In this document: positions 19,858 through 29,198 of the stretch, in pieces
Layout: every line of letters starts with the position of its first letter
Position numbering within the stretch: the stretch's first letter is position 1
Origin: an uncultured Erythrobacter sp.
GTDB lineage: Bacteria > Pseudomonadota > Alphaproteobacteria > Sphingomonadales > Sphingomonadaceae
Direction: 5' to 3'
DNA length: 64,000 nucleotides
Assembly (NCBI GenBank): GCA_964439725.1
Contig: CAYTPY010000002.1
Span: 7,194 to 71,193, forward strand
Translations under genes and position numbers: made by a program
The notes under the pieces: model-generated
The model's input: the letters and a program-made list of their open reading frames with translations, nothing else
Database searches by the model: none
What the model was told of the DNA's origin: nothing

Positions 19858-19907
19858 ACGTTCGTCCGGCAGCCCCGGCAGTTCGTCGGCGCGAGGAGTC
19901 GTTCGTC
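19858..19907 (+). promoter_or_regulatory. Three phased direct repeats (NNGTTCGTC), LytTR/AlgR-type binding sites
   Basis: GTTCGTC at 19860, 19881 and 19901 (spacing 21 and 20 bp); the AlgR consensus is CCGTTCGTC; a LytTR regulator gene lies about 0.5 kb away. Confidence 0.65.
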
Positions 19908-20038
19908 GGAAGATCACAAGCGGCAATCGAGCCGCCCGCGCGAGCCATGACGAAAGACCTATTCTGTCCTTGCGTCACGGAGTCATCCAAGCAGTCCCGA
20001 GTGGCTCCGTGACGCGACCGAGAGAGAGGAGATTCTTC

Positions 20039-20338
20039 ATGAGGTATTCCGCGATCCTGGCCGCTGCCCTTTCCGCCGCGGTCCTCGCCACCCCCGCCGC
20101 CGCCAACACCTCTACCGTCGGTGTGAAATATGCCGACCTGAACCTGACGACCGAAGCCGGGCAAGCTGCGCTCGACGCGCGGATCGACCGGGCTGCTCGC
20201 GAGGTCTGCGGCGTGGACGACATCCGCACCGGCACCCGCGCGCCCTCGGCAAGCGCTCGCCAGTGCTACAAGGAAACCAAGTCCAACGTGCACAAGCAAG
20301 TCGCCGAGCGGATCGTTCGCGAGAACAACCGCGGCTGA
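20039..20338 (+). CDS. UrcA-family secreted protein
   Basis: Signal peptide, V.YADLNL.TEAG..ALD.RI.RAA.EVC...C pattern; RBS GAGAGGAG. Confidence 0.9.
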   Translation: MRYSAILAAALSAAVLATPAAANTSTVGVKYADLNLTTEAGQAALDARIDRAAREVCGVDDIRTGTRAPSASARQCYKETKSNVHKQVAERIVRENNRG

Positions 20339-20388
20339 CGCTCATACCCGCGGGCGGCTGCGCGGCCCGTCGGAACACCCCCCCCGGT

Positions 20389-20421
20389 GAAGGGCGCCTG
20401 CAAGGGCGTCCTTCCTTGTTT
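20389..20421 (+). terminator. Terminator hairpin between the urcA-like gene and the convergent LytTR gene
   Basis: GAAGGGCGCCT-GCAA-GGGCGTCCTTC followed by CTTGTTT. Confidence 0.65.
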
Positions 20422-21137
20422 CAGCGCCCGGCCATTGCTTTCACTTTGCGCAGGTATGTGCGCCCGATCCGCAACGCTTCTCCATTGGCAAGCTCAACAC
20501 ACCAGACCCCGAGCCCCTCGTGGCGAAGGCCGCGAATGCAATCGCGCCGCAGAATGGTCGAACGGTGGATGCGAATGAAGCGCTCGGGATCGAGCCGTCC
20601 TTCCAGGCCGGCGATCGTCTGCAGCAGCAGATAGCTTCGGTCTGCAACGTGGAGCCGGACGTAATCGCGCTCGGCGTCGATCCGCTCGACCTGTTCGGCC
20701 TCTATCCGCAGTAGCTCGGAACGGTGCGGTACCCAGAATTCCGTGAGCCATTCGCCGACCGGGCCGTTACTACCGTCCCGCCGCGCCACGGCGCGGCCGA
20801 TCGCGCGCGCCAACCGTTCGACAGCGACCGGTTTCAGTACATAGTCGACCGCTTCCAGATCAAAAGCTTCGACGGCAAAATCCTCATGTGCAGTGACGAA
20901 GATCACCGCAGGCGCTTCCGCCTCCTTGCCCAACTGGCGCGCCACACTGAGGCCATCCACACCAGGCATCGTCATGTCGAGCAGGAGCAAGTCCGGCTTC
21001 AGCTTCTCGGCCAAGCGCAGCGCAGAGGCGCCATCGCTGGCGGTGCCGACCACCTGAAGCTGCTCAAGCTCAGCGCAAAGTACTTGCATGCGCTCGATCG
21101 CGAGCGGCTCGTCATCGACGATCAAGGTTCGCAGCAC
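20421..21137 (-). CDS. LytTR-family response regulator (REC + LytTR)
   Basis: LIVDDEPLA, LLDMTMP..DG, FVTAH, DYVLKPV, AERDYV.LH, FIRIHRS; GTG start at 21137. Confidence 0.95.
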   Translation of the reverse strand: MLRTLIVDDEPLAIERMQVLCAELEQLQVVGTASDGASALRLAEKLKPDLLLLDMTMPGVDGLSVARQLGKEAEAPAVIFVTAHEDFAVEAFDLEAVDYVLKPVAVERLARAIGRAVARRDGSNGPVGEWLTEFWVPHRSELLRIEAEQVERIDAERDYVRLHVADRSYLLLQTIAGLEGRLDPERFIRIHRSTILRRDCIRGLRHEGLGVWCVELANGEALRIGRTYLRKVKAMAGR

Positions 21138-21147
21138 GCTGGATCCC

Positions 21148-22374
21148 TCACAATGGCAGGCCGTCGGTGTGTCGCAGTAACGGCATCCTGAGCAAGGTGG
21201 AATAGCCGCCGCCAGGCGCCGGGCCTGAAATGATGGTAGCTTCTTTCCCGAAGCGGGCGCCGAGCCGTTCGCGAACATTGGCAAGGCCGATGCGGTATCC
21301 CGGCCGCGGCTGACCGCCGCCGTCACCGTTCCCATCGTCGGAAACCGTGACCACAAGGCGACCATACTCCTCCCGTGCCGCCAGCGTGATCGTGACTTTG
21401 CCTGTCGATAGCGCCACGGCATGCTTCACCGAGTTCTCGACCAACGGCTGCAGGATCATGCCGGGCACTTCGGCGTCCTCGAGATCGTGCGGCAGATCGT
21501 ACTCTGCGTGCAGCCTGTTGGGGAAGCGAACCGCCTCGATGTCGAGGTAGAGCCGCTGCAATCCGAACTCCTCCCGCAGCGGCACGTCGGCAGTCGGATC
21601 GTCGGCGAGACTGCGGCGGTAGAACGTCGACAAGGTCTGGATCACCTTCTCGGCGGCCTGACTCTTGCCGGTCAGCACCAGCGCCGAGAGCGAGTTCAGC
21701 GTGTTGAACAGGAAGTGCGGATTGACCTGATAACGCAAGCTGCGCAGCTCGGCCGCCTTGGCTGCCCGCCGGAACGCGCTCTCGCGCCGCTCGGCCGCAC
21801 GCGCCTTCTCGCCGGTGAGAAGAGCCAGGTAGAGCGCACACCAGGCGAGCATCATGAAGTAACGCCCGAACACCAGGTCCGTGAGGTCCTGCCAAGGGGT
21901 TGCCACCACCCGCTTCGCGCCTCCGGCCTGATCGCTCGCGCCGCTCGGCAAGTTGAGTCCGGGAAGATCGTTGAGGACATCGCTGCCGCTCCGGCTGTCG
22001 CGGTTGTCTTCGCTGATCTGCTCCACCAGCCGCTCCGCCGGCTGCTTCATGATCAGCTGGTTGGCTTGGGCGCTGGCAATTGCCACCGGCAACGAAAGAA
22101 GGAGGGCAGCGCCTATCTTCGCCCATAAGGGCCGTGCATCGAAGAGCCGCAGAACGAGCCACAGGCCCAAGGTGATGACCATGCCGGAGAGGGATACCAA
22201 AGCCCGCGGCCACAGCAGCTCCTGCGACATGCCGACGCCGGGAAGTTCCCAGCGCAGCAGTTCCCACCGCAGAGTAGTGAGCACGAAATACGTCAGCCAA
22301 AGGCCCGCGATCGAGGCGAGCACGGTGCGGAACGGCACGCGCGCCGTATAGTCTTCGGGTAAGTCGGCTTCCAT
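21148..22374 (-). CDS. LytS-type membrane sensor histidine kinase
   Basis: N-terminal TM segments; ELRSLRYQVNPHFLFNTLN, LQPLVENSVKH, V.DDG, IGL.NV.ERL. Confidence 0.93.
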   Translation of the reverse strand: MEADLPEDYTARVPFRTVLASIAGLWLTYFVLTTLRWELLRWELPGVGMSQELLWPRALVSLSGMVITLGLWLVLRLFDARPLWAKIGAALLLSLPVAIASAQANQLIMKQPAERLVEQISEDNRDSRSGSDVLNDLPGLNLPSGASDQAGGAKRVVATPWQDLTDLVFGRYFMMLAWCALYLALLTGEKARAAERRESAFRRAAKAAELRSLRYQVNPHFLFNTLNSLSALVLTGKSQAAEKVIQTLSTFYRRSLADDPTADVPLREEFGLQRLYLDIEAVRFPNRLHAEYDLPHDLEDAEVPGMILQPLVENSVKHAVALSTGKVTITLAAREEYGRLVVTVSDDGNGDGGGQPRPGYRIGLANVRERLGARFGKEATIISGPAPGGGYSTLLRMPLLRHTDGLPL

Positions 22375-22458
22375 CAATCCCGGTCTAGCGCGCAATCTGC
22401 GGCGTGCACCAGCGCCGCGATCGAGCCCAGTAAACCCCTGGTCGAAGGGAGATTCAGA

Positions 22459-23985
22459 TCAGACGCGTTCGAGCAGGCGCTCGCGCGCTATTTTGTCTCG
22501 CCAATGCAGTGGAGCCAGCGTGTGAACGTTGTTCCCCTGGCAATCGACCGCAACAGTCACCGGCATGTCCTGCACCGTGAACTCGTAGATCGCCTCCATG
22601 CCAAGATCCTCAAACGCCACGATCTTCGCTTGCTTGATCGCGCGTGCCACGAGGTACGCGGCCCCGCCGATGGCCATCAGGTACGCCACTTTGTGGCGGG
22701 CAATTTCCTGCACCGTGCTAGGCCCGCGTTCGGCCTTGCCGATCATAGCCAGGAGGCCGAGATCGAGCATAGTGGGGGTAAACTTGTCCATTCGCGTCGC
22801 TGTAGTGGGACCGGCAGGCCCGACCACTTCGTCAGCGACCGGATCGACAGGTCCCACATAATAGATGGCCCGCCCCTTGAAGCTGACCGGCAATTCCTCC
22901 CCGCGGCGGAGCATGTCTTCGATACGCTTGTGCGCGGCATCGCGCCCCGTCAGCATCGCCCCACTCAGCAAAAGCCGATCGCCTGCGTTCCAGCTCTGCA
23001 CTTCCTCTGGGGTCAAATTGTCGAGGTTGACCCGTTTTGCCGCTGCGTCCGGCTGCCATTGGACCTGAGGCCATTGATCGAGATCGGGCACCGGCAGATA
23101 GCTCGGCCCGGAGCCATCGAGCGTGAAATGCGCGTGGCGCGTCGCCGCACAGTTGGGAATCATCGCCACCGGCTTGCCGGCGGCGTGGCACGGCCAGTCG
23201 AGAATCTTGACGTCGAGCACGGTGGCGAGTCCGCCGAGCCCCTGCGCTCCGATACCCAGCGCATTGACCTTATCGAAGATCTCGATGCGCAGCGCCTCGA
23301 CGTCGTTTTGCGGCCCGCGCGCTTTGAGCTGACCCATATCGATCGGCTCCATCAAGCTCTGCTTGGCCAGCTTGACGCAATGTTCCGCCGTGCCGCCGAT
23401 GCCGATTCCGAGCATCCCGGGCGGACACCATCCAGCGCCCATCTGCGGAACCATGTCGAGAACCCAGTCAACGATCGAGTCGCTCGGGTTCATCATCTTG
23501 AACTTCGACTTGTTCTCGCTGCCTCCGCCTTTAGCAGCGACATCGATCGACACGGTACGACCTGGCACCATCTCCACCGATAGGACGCAGGGCGTATTGT
23601 CGCGCGTGTTGCGGCGCGTAAAGGCGGGATCGGCGAGGACAGAAGCGCGCAGCTTATTTTCCGGGTGGTTGTAAGCGCGGCGCACGCCCTCATCGACAAC
23701 TTCCTGCAACGATCGGATCGAAGCCAACCGGCAGTCCTGGCCCCACTTGACGAAGACATTGACGATGCCGGTGTCCTGGCACAGCGGCCGATGCCCTTCG
23801 GCGCACATCCGGCTATTGGTGAGGATCTGGGCAATCGCATCTTTGGCCGCCGGCCCCTGCTCCGCGTCATAGGCTTCGCCAAGAGCCCGGATGTAATCGA
23901 CCGGGTGGTAGAACGAGATGTATTGTAAAGCGTCGGCGACGCTTTCGATCAGGTCGTCCTCGCGAATGGTGACCATGTCGTTCAT
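22459..23985 (-). CDS. Class I fumarate hydratase (Fe-S)
   Basis: RPLCQDTG, KGGGSEN, GAGWCPPG, GIGAQGLGG, CAATRH, GRDAAH, GPTTATRM. Confidence 0.96.
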   Translation of the reverse strand: MNDMVTIREDDLIESVADALQYISFYHPVDYIRALGEAYDAEQGPAAKDAIAQILTNSRMCAEGHRPLCQDTGIVNVFVKWGQDCRLASIRSLQEVVDEGVRRAYNHPENKLRASVLADPAFTRRNTRDNTPCVLSVEMVPGRTVSIDVAAKGGGSENKSKFKMMNPSDSIVDWVLDMVPQMGAGWCPPGMLGIGIGGTAEHCVKLAKQSLMEPIDMGQLKARGPQNDVEALRIEIFDKVNALGIGAQGLGGLATVLDVKILDWPCHAAGKPVAMIPNCAATRHAHFTLDGSGPSYLPVPDLDQWPQVQWQPDAAAKRVNLDNLTPEEVQSWNAGDRLLLSGAMLTGRDAAHKRIEDMLRRGEELPVSFKGRAIYYVGPVDPVADEVVGPAGPTTATRMDKFTPTMLDLGLLAMIGKAERGPSTVQEIARHKVAYLMAIGGAAYLVARAIKQAKIVAFEDLGMEAIYEFTVQDMPVTVAVDCQGNNVHTLAPLHWRDKIARERLLERV

Positions 23986-24149
23986 CGAATTCCCACTCCT
24001 GCCGGTCGAAGCGCCCATAGGCCTGCCGCCAAGCCCGCGTCAAAGAGGCTGAAGCGGCCAGGTGACGACTTGCGACAAGCCAGCCATTGCCGGGTGCAAG
24101 TCCAAGCCCTAAGGCTCGCCATCGCACAACGAACAAGAGACCTGCAGAC

Positions 24150-24770
24150 GTGACGATCGTTGAGGACCGCCCGCTCAGCGGAAACCAAGCCGGCCCGGCC
24201 GAACTGGCGCGACGGGCGATGATCGAAAGCCAACTGCGCCCTACGGGCGTAAATGCGGAGTTCGTCTTGCGCCGCATGGCCGCGGTGGAGCGCGAGCGCT
24301 TTGTACCAAAGGAAGTTCGCGGCTTTGCCTACATCGATCGGGCGATCGATCTGGGTGACGGGCGGCAGCTCGCCGCGCCGATCGTCCAAGGCCTGATGTT
24401 GCAGGAGGCCAAGCCCACACCCGACGACAACGCGCTGCTCGTGGATGCCGGTAGCGGTTACGTGGCGGAGCTGCTGCGCCCGCTGGTCGGGTCGCTCGCC
24501 GTGATCAGCCCTGAACAGGCTGTCACCAAGTCGCGCAAGAGCGAAGAACACACCTTGCTCCTTATCGACGGCGCCATCGAGCAACTGCCCGAAGGATTGG
24601 TTCGCAGGATGGCCGAGGGCGGCCGCGTCGTTACCGGAATGCTAGACGATGGCCTGACGCGCCTTGCTATCGGGCGGAAAGCAGCCGGTCAGGTGACGCT
24701 ACTGCCACTTGCTGAGCTCGGGATGCCGGCACTGCCGGAGTTCGCGGCACCGAAGCGCTGGAGCTTCTAA
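24150..24770 (+). CDS. pcm: Protein-L-isoaspartate O-methyltransferase-like protein
   Basis: ARRAMIESQLRP.GV, V.RE.FVP, AYID; degenerate SAM motif LVDAGSGY; conserved pcm-tolC-popZ order. Confidence 0.85.
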   Translation: MTIVEDRPLSGNQAGPAELARRAMIESQLRPTGVNAEFVLRRMAAVERERFVPKEVRGFAYIDRAIDLGDGRQLAAPIVQGLMLQEAKPTPDDNALLVDAGSGYVAELLRPLVGSLAVISPEQAVTKSRKSEEHTLLLIDGAIEQLPEGLVRRMAEGGRVVTGMLDDGLTRLAIGRKAAGQVTLLPLAELGMPALPEFAAPKRWSF

Positions 24771-24771
24771 A

Positions 24772-26262
24772 GTGATCGCGAGGGGGAGGAGCCTGGGCTT
24801 TCTGCTGACGGCTGCCGCCTTGGTGGCCGCCGCTCCGGTGGTCGCGCAGACTATCGCCGGAGGTGAAGCGACCACGCTCAAGGAAGCGCTGGCGCGCGCC
24901 TATGCCGACAACCCTAATTTGGAGGCGGCGCGGGCCAATCAGCGCGCCACCGATGCGACCGTTCCGCTGGAGCGCGCCGACCTGCTGCCGTCGCTAAGCG
25001 GCACGGCCACCTTAACTGAGTTCCTCCAGCAATCGCAGGCGTCATTCACGTCGCCCGAGCGGTCGCTCAGCGGACAACTCAATGTGACGATACCGCTCTA
25101 CTCAGGTGGTGCCAATCAAGCAGGTCTGCGCGCAGCGGAGACTCGCGTTCTTGCCGGGCGAGCGGATTTGCGCGGCAGCGAAAGTACGCTGTTCAGCCAG
25201 GTGGTCGCCGCCTACATGGACGTTATCCAGAACGAAGCGCTGGTCGCATTGGCGGCCAACAACGTCGAGGTTCTGGAAACGAACCTCCAGGCTACCAGCG
25301 ACCGTTTCCAGATCGGTGACCTGACACGCACCGACGTCGCTCAGTCGGAAGCCCGCCTCGCCTTGGCTCGAGGGGACTTTCGTAACGCCCAGGCCAACCT
25401 GATCCGCTCGCGGGAAACTTTCGTGGCCCTGGTCGGTGCTGCTCCCGGTGCGCTGCAACCGCCGCCGCCGTTGCCTGGCCTCCCTTCGGACGCCGAAACG
25501 GCGGTCAGCGTGGCCTTGCTCGATAATCCAGATTTGATTGGAGCGCAGGAGCGAGCCCGAGCCGCGGGCTTGGATATCCGCATCGCCAGTGCTGGCCGGC
25601 TTCCACGGCTCGAGTTGTTCGGCAGCGGCGGCGTCACAGACTATCTAGGGACCTTCGGCTCACTCGTGCCAGGACTTCCGGCGGAGCAACGCCAGACGAC
25701 CGCCCAAGCCGGCGTGCGCGCGACGATCCCGATCTTTCAGGGCGGACGTCCCGCTGCGCAGGAGCGTCAGGCCCAGGCCCGCTCTGCCGCTGCTCTCGAA
25801 ACCGTGGTCGCTACCGAGCGCGACGTGATTTCCACCGTGCGGACAGCTTTCGCCGGTTGGCAGGCCGCCAGCGCCATCATCGAATCCAACCAGGCGGCTG
25901 TCGCGGCGGCCGAATTGAGCCTGGAAGGCGTGCGGGCAGAAAACACCGTCGGAAACCGTACGATCCTCGACATTCTGGACGCGCAGCAAGAGCTGTTTCG
26001 TGCCCAGGTCCAGCTCGTAACCGCGCGGCGAAACGCCTATGTCGCGGGCTTCAACCTGATAGCGGCGATGGGGCATGCCGAGGCACGCGACCTGGGACTT
26101 GAAGAATTCGGGCCTCTGTACGATCCGACTGAAAACTACGACCGCATCCGCAATAACATCTGGGACTGGGCCAGCGACCCTAACCCCATCACGCAGTCCA
26201 GCCGGACGGTTGACATCCCAGCGCCGGGTGCGGACATTTCGGATCTGCAGACGGTCCAATAG
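24772..26262 (+). CDS. tolC: TolC-family outer membrane channel
   Basis: Signal peptide; AY..NP.L.AARA, RFQIGDLTRTDVAQSEARL, G.RTILDILDAQQEL. Confidence 0.93.
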   Translation: MIARGRSLGFLLTAAALVAAAPVVAQTIAGGEATTLKEALARAYADNPNLEAARANQRATDATVPLERADLLPSLSGTATLTEFLQQSQASFTSPERSLSGQLNVTIPLYSGGANQAGLRAAETRVLAGRADLRGSESTLFSQVVAAYMDVIQNEALVALAANNVEVLETNLQATSDRFQIGDLTRTDVAQSEARLALARGDFRNAQANLIRSRETFVALVGAAPGALQPPPPLPGLPSDAETAVSVALLDNPDLIGAQERARAAGLDIRIASAGRLPRLELFGSGGVTDYLGTFGSLVPGLPAEQRQTTAQAGVRATIPIFQGGRPAAQERQAQARSAAALETVVATERDVISTVRTAFAGWQAASAIIESNQAAVAAAELSLEGVRAENTVGNRTILDILDAQQELFRAQVQLVTARRNAYVAGFNLIAAMGHAEARDLGLEEFGPLYDPTENYDRIRNNIWDWASDPNPITQSSRTVDIPAPGADISDLQTVQ

Positions 26263-26295
26263 CGCCAGCGCGGACCAGGACTCTAGGGGGGCAGG

Positions 26296-26754
26296 ATGCG
26301 GCACGAAGGCGAACCGTCGGTGGAGGAGATCCTCGAGTCCATCAAAAAGGTTATCGCACGCGACAACCGCGAAACGCTGCAAGCCGACCGGCGCCGCCGT
26401 GAGAACGCCGGTATCTTGTTCGAGCCGGTGGCGGAGCCGGACGCCGAAGAGCCTGCCGAAGTTCTCGACTTGGACGAAGAACTGATTCAACCTGACGCCG
26501 CCCCCCAGGTCGAGGAAGGGCTTACCACCGAGAGCGCGGCCCGCGCGATGCGCGATTCGCTCGCTGCTCTGGCTATGATCGCCGAGCCTGGCGCCTCGCC
26601 GCAAATCGTGCGTTCTGGCGAAACCTCGCTGGAAGGGCTGGTCCGTGACATGCTGCGGCCGATGCTGGCGGAGTGGCTCGACCGGAATTTGCCCGAGATG
26701 GTAGAGCGGCTCGTCAAAGCCGAGATCGCGCGGATTGCCGGCAAGAAGGGCTGA
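26296..26754 (+). CDS. popZ: Polar organizing protein Z (DUF2497)
   Basis: N-terminal EPSVEEILESIKKVI, acidic/Pro linker, C-terminal LEGLVRDMLRPMLAEWLDRNLP.MVE.LV..EI.RI. Confidence 0.92.
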   Translation: MRHEGEPSVEEILESIKKVIARDNRETLQADRRRRENAGILFEPVAEPDAEEPAEVLDLDEELIQPDAAPQVEEGLTTESAARAMRDSLAALAMIAEPGASPQIVRSGETSLEGLVRDMLRPMLAEWLDRNLPEMVERLVKAEIARIAGKKG

Positions 26755-26785
26755 CGCACCGTTACCTAGCGCCTACCTTCGATGA

Positions 26786-27178
26786 ATGAACGAAGACATT
26801 CAGCGCGCACGCGAAGTACTGACCCAGATCGGGGGCGAGACGATACAGCGGCACATCTTCCTGTGTGCGCTCAGCGAGAAGCAGGCTTGCTGCTCGCGTG
26901 ACACGGGCAAGGCGTCATGGAAGTACCTGAAGCGCCGCCTCAAGGAACTCGGGCTGACAAAGCCCGCCAGAGCCGGGCACCAGGCCCAGATTCAACGAAC
27001 TAAGGCCGATTGCCTCCAAATCTGCGCCGGCGGGCCCATTGCGCTCGTATGGCCGGAAGGTGTTTGGTATCACTCATGCACCGCAGAAGTGCTCGAACGA
27101 ATTATCCAAGAGCACCTGATCGGCGGCGTCCCGGTCGACGATTACCGCCTGCGATCGCTGCCAAACCCGGGGGCCTGA
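26786..27178 (+). CDS. Thioredoxin-like [2Fe-2S] ferredoxin
   Basis: HIFLC...CC...[21 protein letters not shown]...I..EHL.GG.PV. Confidence 0.9.
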   Translation: MNEDIQRAREVLTQIGGETIQRHIFLCALSEKQACCSRDTGKASWKYLKRRLKELGLTKPARAGHQAQIQRTKADCLQICAGGPIALVWPEGVWYHSCTAEVLERIIQEHLIGGVPVDDYRLRSLPNPGA

Positions 27179-27456
27179 TCGTCATCCGGGTCCGCAACTG
27201 ATTCGTCGTGGCCAGTGCCGCTTGAGAGAAACAGCAATCCCATCAGCGCCGCCGTCAGCATGATCGTGAACCCGAGGCCCAGCGCCACTGCGATGAAGAA
27301 GTGGAGCGAGAGAAAGCCGTGATACCAATAAAAGCCGGCCAGCGTCGCAGCCACGATGACCAACGCGAGCAGGCCCATTCCTTTCATCAACCGCCGGTAG
27401 CGGGCCCAGGCATGCGCGGAAGTCCGCGCGTCATCTAACGGGGAGCGGCGCACCAT
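27142..27456 (-). CDS. Hypothetical small membrane protein
   Basis: AW.RYRRLM, two hydrophobic segments, [13 protein letters not shown]. Confidence 0.7.
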   Translation of the reverse strand: MVRRSPLDDARTSAHAWARYRRLMKGMGLLALVIVAATLAGFYWYHGFLSLHFFIAVALGLGFTIMLTAALMGLLFLSSGTGHDESVADPDDDQAPGFGSDRRR

Positions 27457-27565
27457 CCGCGCCACATGGCGTCCGGAAAGCTAGGCTGCAACGCTTTGAT
27501 TCGGCGAAATTTGGTCATGCGGCCGAATCGTGTCATGCTGCTCATTCGACAAAGGGAGAGTCGCC

Positions 27566-27994
27566 ATGACGATTGCCCGAGTAATCGCCGGCCGAGATCA
27601 GCAGATCATCCGTTGCTCGCCGCAGGAAACCGTTCGCGAGGCGACGGGCCTCCTCGCCGATAATAGAATTGGCGCGATGCCGGTGCTCGATGACGGGCAG
27701 GTGGTGGGCATCTTCTCAGAACGGGACCTGCTCTACTGCATCGCAGAACATGGCGAAGAAGCGCTGGACTTGCGCGTCGGCAAAGTAATGACCGCGCCGC
27801 CGATAACCGCGGAACCGGATACGACGATTCGTGACGCCGCCGAACTGATGACCCTGCGGCGGATTCGCCACCTTCCGGTAATCGACGAGGGCAAGCTTGT
27901 TGCGTTCGTGTCGATCGGCGACCTGGTCAAATACCGGCTCGAAATGGTCGAGCACGAAGCCCAGGCGATGCGCGAGTACATCACGACGGCTTGA
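27566..27994 (+). CDS. CBS-domain pair protein
   Basis: IGAMPV, GIFSERD, M..RRIRHLPV, SIGDLVK. Confidence 0.93.
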   Translation: MTIARVIAGRDQQIIRCSPQETVREATGLLADNRIGAMPVLDDGQVVGIFSERDLLYCIAEHGEEALDLRVGKVMTAPPITAEPDTTIRDAAELMTLRRIRHLPVIDEGKLVAFVSIGDLVKYRLEMVEHEAQAMREYITTA

Positions 27995-28025
27995 GACCGC
28001 ATGCGCCGCGTCCTACATTGGAGGC

Positions 28026-28355
28026 ATGTCTCAAGGTCTGATGCTCACCGAAGCCGCGGCCACCCGCGTCGATGCCATTGCCAGCAAGCAAGGGCGGGCG
28101 GCCATTCTGCGCCTCACGGTAGAAGGCGGCGGATGTTCGGGCTTCCAGTACAAGTTTGATCTCAGCGACGGTCCGGAGGCCGACGATGTGGTCAGCGAAA
28201 CGGAAGGCGTGAAGCTGGTGGTCGATCCGATCAGCCTCGACCTCGTGGCGGGCAGCACTATCGATTTCGTAGAATCGCTCGGCGGGGCGGCATTCAAGGT
28301 CGAGAACCCTAACGCTGCGGCTGGATGTGGCTGCGGCTCCAGCTTCGGCATCTAA
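28026..28355 (+). CDS. erpA: A-type Fe-S carrier (ErpA/IscA/HesB family)
   Basis: LRL.VEGGGCSGFQY, NPNA..GCGCGSSF. Confidence 0.9.
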   Translation: MSQGLMLTEAAATRVDAIASKQGRAAILRLTVEGGGCSGFQYKFDLSDGPEADDVVSETEGVKLVVDPISLDLVAGSTIDFVESLGGAAFKVENPNAAAGCGCGSSFGI

Positions 28356-28417
28356 CCGCGCAGCGCCGCTGACCGCGATCATTGCGGTCGCGCGCGGCGC
28401 AGCCTAGACACGGCTGC

Positions 28418-29188
28418 GTGCGCATAGCTTCCTTCAACATCAACGGAACCCGGGCTCGGCTCCCGCGCCTGATCGAATGGCTCGAGGAACGACGTCCCGC
28501 CGTCACCTGCTTGCAGGAGATCAAGTGCGCCGACGACGCCTTTCCGGCCGAGGAATTCGAGAAGATCGGCTACCATGCAATTTGGCATGGGCAGAAAGGC
28601 TTCAACGGCGTCGCCATACTGGCCGACGGTGAGCCTCCGATAGAAGCAGGGCGGGGCCTGCCTGGTGATCCTGAGGATGTTCAATCGCGGTATATCGAGG
28701 CCGACATCCAAGGTATCCGGATCGTCAACCTCTACCTGCCCAACGGCAACCCGCAGCCAGGGCCGAAATTCGATTACAAGCTGGCGTGGATGGAGCGCCT
28801 GCGGGCGCGAGTGAAGGAACTGCTAGCAACCGAGCAGCCGACCGTTGTTGTCGGCGACTTCAACGTCATACCCGAGGATAAAGATACGTTTTCGGTTCGC
28901 GCGATGCAGAACGACGCGCTGATGCAGCCGGCCTCGCGCGACGCCTATCGGCGGATACTCAACGACGGTTGGACCGACGCAATCGATACACTGAACCCCC
29001 AGGGCGGCGTATGGACGTACTGGGACTATCAAGCCGGCGCGTGGCAGCGCGATCACGGCTTCCGCATCGACCACTTGCTCCTCTCACCCGAAGCCGCCGA
29101 CCGTCTTGAGGCGGCCGGCGTAGACAAGGAGTACCGCGGGCGCGAGAAGGCCAGCGATCACGCTCCGGTGTGGGTCGAACTCGCCTGA
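28418..29188 (+). CDS. xth: Exodeoxyribonuclease III
   Basis: IASFNING, LQEIK, NGVAIL, YLPNGN, GDFNV, RIDHLL, SDHAPV. Confidence 0.96.
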   Translation: MRIASFNINGTRARLPRLIEWLEERRPAVTCLQEIKCADDAFPAEEFEKIGYHAIWHGQKGFNGVAILADGEPPIEAGRGLPGDPEDVQSRYIEADIQGIRIVNLYLPNGNPQPGPKFDYKLAWMERLRARVKELLATEQPTVVVGDFNVIPEDKDTFSVRAMQNDALMQPASRDAYRRILNDGWTDAIDTLNPQGGVWTYWDYQAGAWQRDHGFRIDHLLLSPEAADRLEAAGVDKEYRGREKASDHAPVWVELA

Positions 29189-29198
29189 GCCTTTTCGC

